Positions 40,364 through 49,324 of a stretch of 64,000 bases of DNA are shown here, one piece after another. Location: positions 57,779-121,778 of the forward strand of contig JBAZYF010000005.1 of assembly GCA_041659505.1 (NCBI GenBank). Direction: 5' to 3'. Under the pieces are notes generated by a model. It saw nothing but the letters and a program-made list of their open reading frames with translations. It made no database searches and had not been told where the DNA came from. Position 1 is the stretch's first letter. Each line of letters begins with the position of its first letter. The translations under genes were made by a program, and so were the position numbers. This DNA is from Parcubacteria group bacterium (GTDB lineage: Bacteria; Patescibacteriota; Minisyncoccia; Moranbacterales; UBA2206).

Positions 40364-40437
40364 GGGGGCGTAGCTCAGTTGGTTAGAGCGACTGCCTGTC
40401 ACGCAGTAGGTCACCGGTTCGAGTCCGGCCGTCCCCG
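40364..40437 (+). tRNA. tRNA-Asp (GUC)
   Basis: GGGGGCGTAGCTCAGTTGGTTAGAGC, anticodon stem ACTGC/GCAGT with loop CTGTCAC, discriminator G73. Confidence 0.7.
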
Positions 40438-40618
40438 CAGTTGATTTAGTGGCTTAATTCAGGCCTCTTTTTCGATGGGGAAAACGGTGCCTCGAACATT
40501 ATTCCGATCTAGTTGACAAAATCGACTTTTCGCGGTAGAGTGTTAAATCAGAATATGACGGCACATTAACAACATTCAGCGCATATTTGCGCTTTTAGCT
40601 TATCTAGGGAGGGAGAAT

Positions 40619-41110
40619 ATGAACGCTGTGAAATTAAGAAGATTTTCCAAGTTTGGAGCGGTTTATTGCTTGGTTGTGGCGATAATATGGTCATTTGACT
40701 ATATCTATATGCCGTGGCTGGCAATTAAGTTCCAATACTTTGCGACTATTCCGCTTTTCTTTTCCATTTTGCTGGCTTGCTGGGGCGGATTATATCTATA
40801 TGATTTTTTTGATGAAGATGTTTTTTTTATCAGGAAGATTCGACCTTGGCTGGAAAGGAAAAGCTCATGGAAGTTAATCGAATGGACAAAGCGGATGATC
40901 CGCCAAAGTCCCAATGCGACTTTTGTTGCCATTTCGGCTTGGTGGAGTCCCTTGCATGCCTATCTTTTTTTCAGAATGGAAGGGGACAATTCTGCGGGGG
41001 CTTTGGTGAAAATTATTGAAGGATCAATCTATTGTGCCATTTTTTGGAGCATCGTGATTGATCTTATCGTTTTCATTTGGGAATATACAAAAATATGGCT
41101 TAAAATATAG
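40619..41110 (+). CDS. Hypothetical polytopic membrane protein
   Basis: Four hydrophobic segments. RBS gggagggagaatATG. Confidence 0.5.
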   Translation: MNAVKLRRFSKFGAVYCLVVAIIWSFDYIYMPWLAIKFQYFATIPLFFSILLACWGGLYLYDFFDEDVFFIRKIRPWLERKSSWKLIEWTKRMIRQSPNATFVAISAWWSPLHAYLFFRMEGDNSAGALVKIIEGSIYCAIFWSIVIDLIVFIWEYTKIWLKI

Positions 41111-41139
41111 CTGTGGCTTTCTGCCAAAAGGGGGTGATT

Positions 41140-42297
41140 ATGCAAGTATTCTTAACAGGTGCAACTGGGTTTTTGGGCGGAGAGCTTCTCGTATTACTCT
41201 CCAAGGATGAAAGGATCGATAAAATTTATTGCCTTGTAAGGGCGACCGATAGTATTGAAGCAGACAAGCGATTGGTAAGAGTTTTTGCTTTTCATGATGA
41301 TTATTTTGACCGAAAGAAAATAATTCCTATACCCGGTGATTTATCAAGGGAATTCTTGGTTGATCAGATGGAGGCAATGGAAGAATTGTGTGACGTGGAT
41401 ACGATTATCCATGCCGCCGCCGATACTTCATTTGCTCCCAGTCACAAAGACAATATTCAGCAAGTGAACATCATCGGGGCTAGTAATGTTGCCAAGTGGG
41501 CAGCCAGACTTCCTAATCTGAAAACTTTCGTGTATGTGGGAACTTCCTGGATATGCGGATGTGATAAGCCTCATCGCATTGTCCACGAAGATGAATCTCC
41601 GAACATTGAATACAGCCAGCTCGTTGAATACAGTCGCAGCAAATCGATTGGTGAAATCAATATTCGAAAAATGATTCCGGCGGATAAACTTCTAGTGGTG
41701 CGGCCATCCATTATTATGGGCGACAGCAGAGCTTGGGCGCCCAGATCGTTCGTCATCAGTTGGGCGATTGCGGCTTTCAATCTACTAAGGCTGGTTGCGA
41801 TGGATTCCGAAGCATTTTGCGACATAATTCCCATCGACTATGCCACTAAAGCGATTGCAGAGTTGCTTTTTTCTCAAAGGAGTTTCAATACCTATCACAT
41901 TTCATCCGGAGTAAATACATCCACTAATATGAATTTACTTTTGAATGCAATCGGTGCTGATGATAATCGACCAGGGTTTCATTTTGTGGATTACTCCTTA
42001 ATGAGACAGATGCAGCTTTTTTCCAAAAGGCAGTTAACGGACATGGCTGGTTTGAAAGATTGTTCCGAGTATTTGGCTTATTGGGGCAAAACATTCAATG
42101 GTGACAATGCTCTCCGCAGATTGCTCTGGGCAGTTAACTATTATTATCAGTTCGTAAACTTGAGTTTGGTTTTTGACAATACCAGACTACTCAAGGATAC
42201 AGACATCGGTTTCTCAGAGCCTGCTCATCGGTATATGGGAAGAAACAGGGAACAGCTCAGAAAGATTGACATTATTGGCGGATCGCTTGATCCATGA
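41140..42297 (+). CDS. NAD(P)-binding SDR-family reductase (thioester-reductase / fatty-acyl-CoA-reductase-like 'male sterility' domain)
   Basis: RBS aaagggggtgattATG. The Rossmann motif VFLTGATGFLGGELL, followed by YCLVRATD...ADKRL, resembles terminal reductase (R) domains. Confidence 0.6.
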   Translation: MQVFLTGATGFLGGELLVLLSKDERIDKIYCLVRATDSIEADKRLVRVFAFHDDYFDRKKIIPIPGDLSREFLVDQMEAMEELCDVDTIIHAAADTSFAPSHKDNIQQVNIIGASNVAKWAARLPNLKTFVYVGTSWICGCDKPHRIVHEDESPNIEYSQLVEYSRSKSIGEINIRKMIPADKLLVVRPSIIMGDSRAWAPRSFVISWAIAAFNLLRLVAMDSEAFCDIIPIDYATKAIAELLFSQRSFNTYHISSGVNTSTNMNLLLNAIGADDNRPGFHFVDYSLMRQMQLFSKRQLTDMAGLKDCSEYLAYWGKTFNGDNALRRLLWAVNYYYQFVNLSLVFDNTRLLKDTDIGFSEPAHRYMGRNREQLRKIDIIGGSLDP

Positions 42298-42424
42298 AAA
42301 AATTGTCATAACAAAAACGAAGGGAGTGTGGATAAAAATTCACCCTCCCTTTAATATTGTATAAATTTTCAAAATGTAGTATTATTTAGGCACAAAAAAT
42401 AAACAATAAAACTATAATTGCCAC

Positions 42425-44125
42425 ATGTGCGATACAAGTGTTTTTTTGAAGTTAGGAATATATGCGAACTATATTTCTATTCCTCCGATAGTAGTTCTTT
42501 TGTTACTGGGATTATTAATTCTTTTTTCTGATTTTAAAAAGACAGCAAACAGAATTTATTTCATAATTTCCATTTTTTTGATTGTTTGGATAACTTCGGA
42601 TTTTTTGAGTTATAAACTTTCCAGCCCCGTAGGCGTTTTGTGGGCAGATAGAATATCTTCACTAGGGTTATTTGCAGGGGCATTCTTTGTCCTTTTTATT
42701 TATCTGTTTCCGGAGAAAGAAAAAATACCGAGAAAAATTTTGTATTATGTGTTTGTTCCGCTTTTACCTTTTTTCTTTTTAGTCCCAACGGATTTTTATG
42801 AAACGATTGGCCCCGCGCCTAGCTGTGATACTTTAGCTGGGCCAGCGTATATAATAATGGCAGCCATTCTTTTGTATGACATTATTTTGGGGATCTTCTT
42901 TTCTGTTAAAAAAATTAAGCTCTTGGACGAAAATCAAAAAAAGCAGTTTAAAATATTTGCCACAGGGTCTCTGCTTATGATATTTCTGGGCGGAATGATA
43001 GATGTGGTGCCGTCTATCTTTGATAATGCAACTATAGTGCTTTTCACTCCCTATTCCTCACTTGTATTTGCCTTATTTGGAGCCTATGCCATGGTTAAAT
43101 ATAAAGCGTTAAATGCAAAAGTTCTCGCTGCTCAAATGCTAGTAGTATCTTTGATAATCCTAATAGGTTCGCAATTATTTTTTATAACTAATCCGATCAA
43201 TCGCGGTATAACAATAATCACTTTATTTATTGCTACAGTTTTTGGTTGGTGGCTGGTAAATTCAGTTAAAAAAGAGGTCAAGCAAAAAGAAGCCCTGGAG
43301 TTTGCCAATGAAGAATTGAAGCGGATGGATCAAGTCAAAAACGAGTTCATCAATATCGCCTCGCATCAGTTGCGCACCCCCGTCACTGTCATTAAAGGCA
43401 CAATCGCAATGCTGATCGATGGGACGATGGATTCTTTTGATGCCGAGACCAAAAAGAAATTTTATGCTGGCGCTCAATTCAAGTGCAAGAAGCTGGAGGA
43501 TATTATAAATGACATCCTAAGTGCTACTGCGCTGACAAACAAAAAGTTCAACGCCATGGATACGGAAGTGGAAAAAATTAACCTCAGGGAATTTTTTGAC
43601 AAGATGATTGACGGCTTCAAGCCAGAAACAATGGAGCGGGAGATCGAATTGTCCCTGGGAAAGTTAGATAAATCTACACCGGATATTTTTGGACAAAAAC
43701 AATACCTGGAGGAAGTTTTTTCTAATTTAATTACCAATGCTATCAAATACACACCTTCTCCCAAAATGACTCCGGATATTCGGGATAAGAGAGCCGGGAA
43801 AGCAATTATTAAAATCAACAGTCGCAAAGAAGGGGAAAATATTATTTTTTCTGTCAAAGACAATGGTATCGGTATTCCCGTCGAAGCCATCCCGAATTTA
43901 TTTCAAAAATTCGTGCGAGCAAAAAACGCTGTGGATATGTATACTGACGGAACAGGACTCGGGCTATTTATTATCAGAGAAATTGTCGAAGGTCACGGCG
44001 GAAAAGTTTGGGTAAAATCCCAATTAGGCAAAGGCTCGGAATTTTTTGTGCAACTGCCAATCAAGCCTGTCGGCAAAGTAGATATTAAGGAATATATCAA
44101 AGAGAGAGCGGAAATTAAAATGTAA
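42425..44125 (+). CDS. Sensor histidine kinase with ~8-TM N-terminal sensor domain
   Basis: Multi-TM N-terminal half. H-box IASHQLRTPVTVIKG. HATPase_c region FSNLITNAIKYTP...VKDNGIGIP...GTGLGLFIIREIVEGHGGKVWV. Confidence 0.75.
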   Translation: MCDTSVFLKLGIYANYISIPPIVVLLLLGLLILFSDFKKTANRIYFIISIFLIVWITSDFLSYKLSSPVGVLWADRISSLGLFAGAFFVLFIYLFPEKEKIPRKILYYVFVPLLPFFFLVPTDFYETIGPAPSCDTLAGPAYIIMAAILLYDIILGIFFSVKKIKLLDENQKKQFKIFATGSLLMIFLGGMIDVVPSIFDNATIVLFTPYSSLVFALFGAYAMVKYKALNAKVLAAQMLVVSLIILIGSQLFFITNPINRGITIITLFIATVFGWWLVNSVKKEVKQKEALEFANEELKRMDQVKNEFINIASHQLRTPVTVIKGTIAMLIDGTMDSFDAETKKKFYAGAQFKCKKLEDIINDILSATALTNKKFNAMDTEVEKINLREFFDKMIDGFKPETMEREIELSLGKLDKSTPDIFGQKQYLEEVFSNLITNAIKYTPSPKMTPDIRDKRAGKAIIKINSRKEGENIIFSVKDNGIGIPVEAIPNLFQKFVRAKNAVDMYTDGTGLGLFIIREIVEGHGGKVWVKSQLGKGSEFFVQLPIKPVGKVDIKEYIKERAEIKM

Positions 44126-44141
44126 TTTTTAGCCAAAGCGT

Positions 44142-44534
44142 ATGATTAATAATAAGATTAAAGTTCTATTTGTTGAAGATGATCCGGAACAAGTGTTTCT
44201 TTTTAGTAAAGTTTTTGACATCAAAGGTCTTCTTACTATGCCGGCCACTACGAGTGAGGAGGTTTTTAAAGTAATTTCTTGGGATAGGCCGGACATTGTG
44301 CTTTTGGATGTGATGCTCCGCAATGAAAACGGATTGGATATTATGGAAAAACTAAGGAATGATTCCCGCGTGAAAGGCGTGCCAATTTTTGTTTTTACTA
44401 ATACTGACAAAAAAGAATACAAAGATCGAGCGGAAAAACTGGGAGCGGAGGATTATATTATCAAAGCCAATACTACTCCGCAGGAAATGGTGGAGCGGAT
44501 AAAGAGGTTTGTGAAAGATGGGGGTGTTATCTGA
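44142..44534 (+). CDS. Single-domain response regulator (cognate to the upstream kinase)
   Basis: KVLFVEDDPEQ...IVLLDVMLRNENGLDIM...IFVFTNTD...GAEDYIIK. Confidence 0.8.
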   Translation: MINNKIKVLFVEDDPEQVFLFSKVFDIKGLLTMPATTSEEVFKVISWDRPDIVLLDVMLRNENGLDIMEKLRNDSRVKGVPIFVFTNTDKKEYKDRAEKLGAEDYIIKANTTPQEMVERIKRFVKDGGVI

Positions 44535-44565
44535 TATATATATATATTTATTATACTAGGCTAAA

Positions 44566-44630
44566 TTGATCAAGGACACTTCATGGGAGAGGCTAAGTCC
44601 CCGATTGGGGATTTAGCCTCTCTCAATCTC
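44566..44630. repeat. Perfect palindrome GAGAGGCTAAGTCCCC-GATT-GGGGATTTAGCCTCTC, preceded by an (AT)7 microsatellite at 44536-44549
   Basis: Read directly. The 10-bp outer stem is perfect. Confidence 0.5.
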
Positions 44631-44867
44631 AAATATTAATTTTTATGGTGGCTGTTAATATGTGGAAAGGAATTGCACTTCAAAATGGAATTTAAGGATA
44701 CGATTAAGGATACGATTATTGACAAAAAGGAGCATTTCATGTTAGTATGATTTGATTTTGAATGTAAGCTTGCTTATTAAAAAGGGAAGGTTGATTGTGC
44801 GAAAATTATTAAGCGAGATTGGTTAATTGAATTATTTTCAATTTATTTTTCCCCAAGCTGGTATATT

Positions 44868-45845
44868 ATGAAGAGCAAAAAAAGTTTAGACTGGGAAGAG
44901 GAAGAAATAGGATCATATTTGAGCTCTACTGGCATAATAAAAGGGTGCTGTTTTGTTTTTAAAATAGACAGGGGGATTGAAAGCAAAAACTACATCATCA
45001 GTGTTGGAAACAGGAGCAATTATAAATATCTATTGAAGATTTATTCAGAAAATAGTTATGGAGAAATCTTATATGAAATAGAGATTTTAAATAAATTAAA
45101 CTCTTGTTTTGAGAAAAAATTTTTCCCGATTATTTCTAAGGAAGTATTCTTTATTGATAAAAAACCAAGTATTCTTTTGAAATATATCAAGGGTAATATT
45201 CTTTCAAAGAAAGAAATCTCTCCCAGTCTTGTTAGGAAGATAGCTAAAAAACAAGCAAGCATGCATCTTTCCCTTGCTGACTTTAGGCCTAAGCATAAGA
45301 GAACAAGACTTTCAATTTATAATTTTAGTTTTGCTGATTTTAATTTGGGCAACATCAATGACTCGCGTAAAAAAATATTGCAAAAAGAAGTTGGCGAGCT
45401 TAAGCAAGAAATTTGTCTATTTGAAAAAATAAAATTTAGAAAATCCATTATACATGAAGATTTGAGCATGGAAAATATAATTTTGACTAAAAATGACGGA
45501 GTTAGTTTTATTGATTTTGGCGAGTCTCACTATGCTGAAATGATTAGTGATGTAGCGATAGCAATAAAAGAAATAATTATAAGAAACAAGGGAGTCGATT
45601 TTGGTTTGATGAGGGATTATTTGGATTCATATCGGAAAACTATCAGTCTAGCTAAAGAAGAAGTGGGAGCTTTACTATTTTTATTAAAAAGACGGACAGC
45701 ATTTATGCTGGCTTATCTTTTGAATAAGCAAGGGCTGGATAATGAAATTGAATTTACGAAAAAGATTGATGAAGAAATTCGAATGTTGAAATTATTGCGT
45801 AAGAATAGCCAGCTTATAAAAAATTTTATCAAAAACTATGAGTAA
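44868..45845 (+). CDS. APH/ChoK-family small-molecule kinase (phosphotransferase enzyme family)
   Basis: Catalytic-loop motif IIHEDLSMENIIL, followed by the Mg-binding FIDFGES. Protein-kinase-like fold of the aminoglycoside/choline/homoserine kinase type. Confidence 0.6.
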   Translation: MKSKKSLDWEEEEIGSYLSSTGIIKGCCFVFKIDRGIESKNYIISVGNRSNYKYLLKIYSENSYGEILYEIEILNKLNSCFEKKFFPIISKEVFFIDKKPSILLKYIKGNILSKKEISPSLVRKIAKKQASMHLSLADFRPKHKRTRLSIYNFSFADFNLGNINDSRKKILQKEVGELKQEICLFEKIKFRKSIIHEDLSMENIILTKNDGVSFIDFGESHYAEMISDVAIAIKEIIIRNKGVDFGLMRDYLDSYRKTISLAKEEVGALLFLLKRRTAFMLAYLLNKQGLDNEIEFTKKIDEEIRMLKLLRKNSQLIKNFIKNYE

Positions 45846-46851
45846 AACAAGAGGTTTGATTTTAGGAAAGTTTGCGCCATTTCATGTGGGACATGAGCGC
45901 CTCATAGAGACTGCCCTAAAAGAGGTTGATGACCTTTGTGTCATTGTGTATGATTGTCCTAATTTGACTAATATACCATTAAATGTGAGAGCTAATTGGA
46001 TTCGTCAATTTTTTCCTCAAGTTTTTGTTATTGAAGGATGGGACGCTCCAAATAAACATGATGATACTGTTGAGGTAAAAAAAATGCAGGAGAATTATGT
46101 CCAAAAAGCGCTTAATGGAAAAAAAATTACCCACTTTTTTTCTTCTGAATATTACGGTGAACACATGAGTAAATTTTTGGGAGCTGTTGATAGGAGGCTT
46201 GACAGGCACGATCCTAGACAGGGCTATCTTACGACCGCTACAATGATAAGAAATGGAAATAATTTGAGTAAACATTTTTTGAGCGCGGTCGTGTATGGGG
46301 ACATGCTAATTAAGGTTGCATTCGTTGGTGTTCCATCCCAAGAGCAATCAAAATTAGTAAGTTATCTTGCTAAAAAGTTGCATACGTCATACATAGAAGA
46401 TAATATGCTAATGTCGCTTGGAGTAAAGCAAGACAAGGATAATAAACACAAAAAAATTATTCCCGATTTTTATAAAATTGCCAATAAAAAATATGAACTT
46501 GCGAATAGGGAATCTAATATATTTTCTGCAAAAGAATATCTGGTTTATAATTCAACAGGGTTTGTTGATCATTTATTGTCGGTAGCTACGCATGGCCGAT
46601 TTAACAAGAAAATGTACGATCTTTTTTCTGAGGACATGAGTAGTTATGACTTGGTTCTTGTAAATAATAACCCCAAAAAAAGTATTGGTAAATCGCTGGA
46701 TATTGATGATTCAATCTTTCTCAATCAATTGATTGCAAACCTCGATACAATAAATGTCAATTATCGATTACTGTCGGGAACATTTAGGGAAAAGTTAGCA
46801 ATTTCTGAAAAATTAATAAATGCAGTTAATAAAAAATTTAATTTAAAATAA
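45838..46851 (+). CDS. NadR-type nucleotidyltransferase (NMN adenylyltransferase-like HxGH domain) with a degenerate C-terminal P-loop kinase domain
   Basis: GKFAPFHVGHERLIETALKEVDDLCVIV closely parallels the E. coli NadR NMNAT motif GKFYPLHTGHIYLIQRA..VDELHIIM. At the C-terminal Walker-A position the sequence is GVPSQEQSKL. Confidence 0.55.
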   Translation: MSKTRGLILGKFAPFHVGHERLIETALKEVDDLCVIVYDCPNLTNIPLNVRANWIRQFFPQVFVIEGWDAPNKHDDTVEVKKMQENYVQKALNGKKITHFFSSEYYGEHMSKFLGAVDRRLDRHDPRQGYLTTATMIRNGNNLSKHFLSAVVYGDMLIKVAFVGVPSQEQSKLVSYLAKKLHTSYIEDNMLMSLGVKQDKDNKHKKIIPDFYKIANKKYELANRESNIFSAKEYLVYNSTGFVDHLLSVATHGRFNKKMYDLFSEDMSSYDLVLVNNNPKKSIGKSLDIDDSIFLNQLIANLDTINVNYRLLSGTFREKLAISEKLINAVNKKFNLK

Positions 46852-46852
46852 T

Positions 46853-48058
46853 ATGAATTATTTAGCCGGCAATACAAATTCACCTATTCCAATACCATCG
46901 CATTATCCGAGTGACATTGTGGGCGGAAATGGCCCATATGTTGTAAATAAGGGAGGTGATAAGTATATCGACTTGTGGATGGGTTATGGAGCGCTTCTTT
47001 TTGGACATGCAGACCAGGAGATAGTAGAAATAATCAAGAGTAATATAAGCAATGGCTGGTTTTTTTCTTACCAAACATTACTAGAGAAAGAGTTATCCGA
47101 AATTATACACAACATAATTCCAAGCGCCGAAAAGATTAGATTCGCAACGACCGGATCGGATGCGGTTGCATATGCGATAAGAGCATCAAGAGCGTATACG
47201 GGTAGAAAAAAAATCTTATCTATAGTTGGAGGCTACCATGGTGTCCACGAACAAATGATACCAAGCGATGGGACGATCGGTGAATCAGGTCTAGACCTAG
47301 TTCCATTTAACGATATTGATGCCGTTGAGGAAAAATTAAAAGATAATGAATATGCGTGTTTTTTGCTTGAGCCGATTCTGGCGAATTCTGGTTGTACACC
47401 GCCAAAAGAAGACTATCTTAATAGGGTGCGACAAGCTTGTGATAAGACTGGAACTATTTTGATTTTTGATGAGATTGTTACTGGATTTCGAATTAGTATT
47501 CATGGTGCGCAAGGATTTTTTAATGTAACTCCTGACATATCTTTATTTTCTAAGGCGATTGCTAGCGGATTTCCTCTCTCTGTTATATGTGGAAAAGAAA
47601 AGATAATGGAAACCTTTATTCCGACGGGCACTGTTTTTTTTGCTGGTACTTTCAATGGAAATCCCTTGTCGCTGATTGTTGCTAGAACGGTAATAGGAAA
47701 ATTGCAAAATGGTAATATGCATAAAAAAAGTAAAGAAATTGGTGATGATTTAAGAAAATATATAACAGAGCAAATGGATAGTTTGAATATACCTGGATGC
47801 GTTCAGGGAATATTATCCATGCTAACTGTGGCGTTTGGTTGTAGTAGTTTTAAGCAAGGCATTAAATTGGAGCGCTGTGATGTTGGAGCTTATGGCTTTT
47901 TTATTGAAGAGATGGCTAAAAGAAGAGTCTTATTGCCTCCTCTACAAACTGAAACAATTTTTTTGTCTCCAGTTCATGAGTGTGTATTGGGTGAAATAAA
48001 AATCGCTATAAAACAGTCCCTCGAAGAAATGAAAAAAATTTATTATAAGAATGCATAA
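46853..48058 (+). CDS. Class III PLP-dependent aminotransferase (glutamate-1-semialdehyde aminomutase-like)
   Basis: GGYHGVHE...ILIFDEIVTGFRISIHGAQGFFNVTPDISLFSKAIASGFP, with the PLP lysine in the SKAIA context. Confidence 0.75.
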   Translation: MNYLAGNTNSPIPIPSHYPSDIVGGNGPYVVNKGGDKYIDLWMGYGALLFGHADQEIVEIIKSNISNGWFFSYQTLLEKELSEIIHNIIPSAEKIRFATTGSDAVAYAIRASRAYTGRKKILSIVGGYHGVHEQMIPSDGTIGESGLDLVPFNDIDAVEEKLKDNEYACFLLEPILANSGCTPPKEDYLNRVRQACDKTGTILIFDEIVTGFRISIHGAQGFFNVTPDISLFSKAIASGFPLSVICGKEKIMETFIPTGTVFFAGTFNGNPLSLIVARTVIGKLQNGNMHKKSKEIGDDLRKYITEQMDSLNIPGCVQGILSMLTVAFGCSSFKQGIKLERCDVGAYGFFIEEMAKRRVLLPPLQTETIFLSPVHECVLGEIKIAIKQSLEEMKKIYYKNA

Positions 48059-48079
48059 CAATTTTTAAATATTAACATT

Positions 48080-49315
48080 ATGAAGAAAAAAGATCTGCAA
48101 TTAAAGCTTCTGAATGAGACTCTGCGGGTAGCTAGAAAATCAGCTTTTTATAAAGACAAGCTTCTTAAATATCCAAAGAAAATAAATGATGTTGCTCGGT
48201 TAGCAGAATTTCCATTCACAACAAAAAAAGAATTGAGGGAATGCTATCCCTTTGGCACGCTGGCGGTACCAGTTAGTGATGTTATTGAGCTACATACTAG
48301 TTCTGGCACGACAGGAAAAGCTACGCTGTCTTTTTATACTAAAGAGGATTTAAAAAATGGATCAAAAGCAATCGCGCAGGCCTGGAAGTGTTTTGGGGTG
48401 AATGAGAATAGCCGCGTGCAATTTATGATGAGTTATGGGCTATTTAGTGGTGCAACTCTCAATACCTATGCGATTCAAGAGCTTGGCGGGTTAGTGATAC
48501 CTGCCAGTATCCAATCAGCCGAAAAGCAAATACAAATGATGTTAGATTTTAAAACGGATACTATCGTTGGAACGGTGGGTTATTACTTTTACCTTCTGGA
48601 TTATTTGAATGAAAATAAAATTTCACTTGAACAGTTTTCTCTTAAGCGCGGTATAATGGCTGGCGAAATATATTCTGATAAAATCCGGGAGGAGATTGAG
48701 CGTAAATTTAATATAAAAATATTTGATCACTATGGATTATGTGAAGTCAATACCGGCATAGCATATGAATGTGATTTTAGGACGGGACTACATATTTTAG
48801 ATGAGTATGTTTTGCCGGAAATTATTGATCCGGAGAGTGGTGAGGTTTTGCCTATGGATAGCGAGGGCGAGCTGGTGCTCACTACATTAAAAAAGAATGC
48901 GTCGCCACTAATACGGTATCGTACCGGCGATATTACGTCGATAAAATCAGGCAAATGTCCTTGTGGTAGGAATTCTGTTCGAATAGATAGGATAAAGAGA
49001 AGGGTCGATGATCTCTTGTTTATCAAGGGAATAAAGGTTGATCCATATGAGCTAAAAGATCACATTTTTGAAATTGCGAGCGAGTATATTTATGGTGATA
49101 TAAAAATAAAAATACGGAATGATTTTAAAAATTATAGGCCAGAAATATTAGTTAGTTTAAAGGAGTTATCTAATGTAACCATTTTAAATTTTATAAAAAA
49201 ATCATTAAAGGAAAAAACATTACTGAGTTTTGATATTAAGCATGTTGACCGCGATTATTTTCAAAGGGGGTCAAATAATAAAGTTAAATTTGTCGAATAT
49301 ATTGACAAGGGGTAA
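48080..49315 (+). CDS. Adenylate-forming enzyme of the PaaK / F390-synthetase / LuxE clan
   Basis: FPFTTKKELR...ELHTSSGTTGKATLSFYTKEDL is the PaaK-type P-loop (SSGTTGKP). C-terminal subdomain follows. Confidence 0.7.
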   Translation: MKKKDLQLKLLNETLRVARKSAFYKDKLLKYPKKINDVARLAEFPFTTKKELRECYPFGTLAVPVSDVIELHTSSGTTGKATLSFYTKEDLKNGSKAIAQAWKCFGVNENSRVQFMMSYGLFSGATLNTYAIQELGGLVIPASIQSAEKQIQMMLDFKTDTIVGTVGYYFYLLDYLNENKISLEQFSLKRGIMAGEIYSDKIREEIERKFNIKIFDHYGLCEVNTGIAYECDFRTGLHILDEYVLPEIIDPESGEVLPMDSEGELVLTTLKKNASPLIRYRTGDITSIKSGKCPCGRNSVRIDRIKRRVDDLLFIKGIKVDPYELKDHIFEIASEYIYGDIKIKIRNDFKNYRPEILVSLKELSNVTILNFIKKSLKEKTLLSFDIKHVDRDYFQRGSNNKVKFVEYIDKG

Positions 49316-49324
49316 TTTTATACT

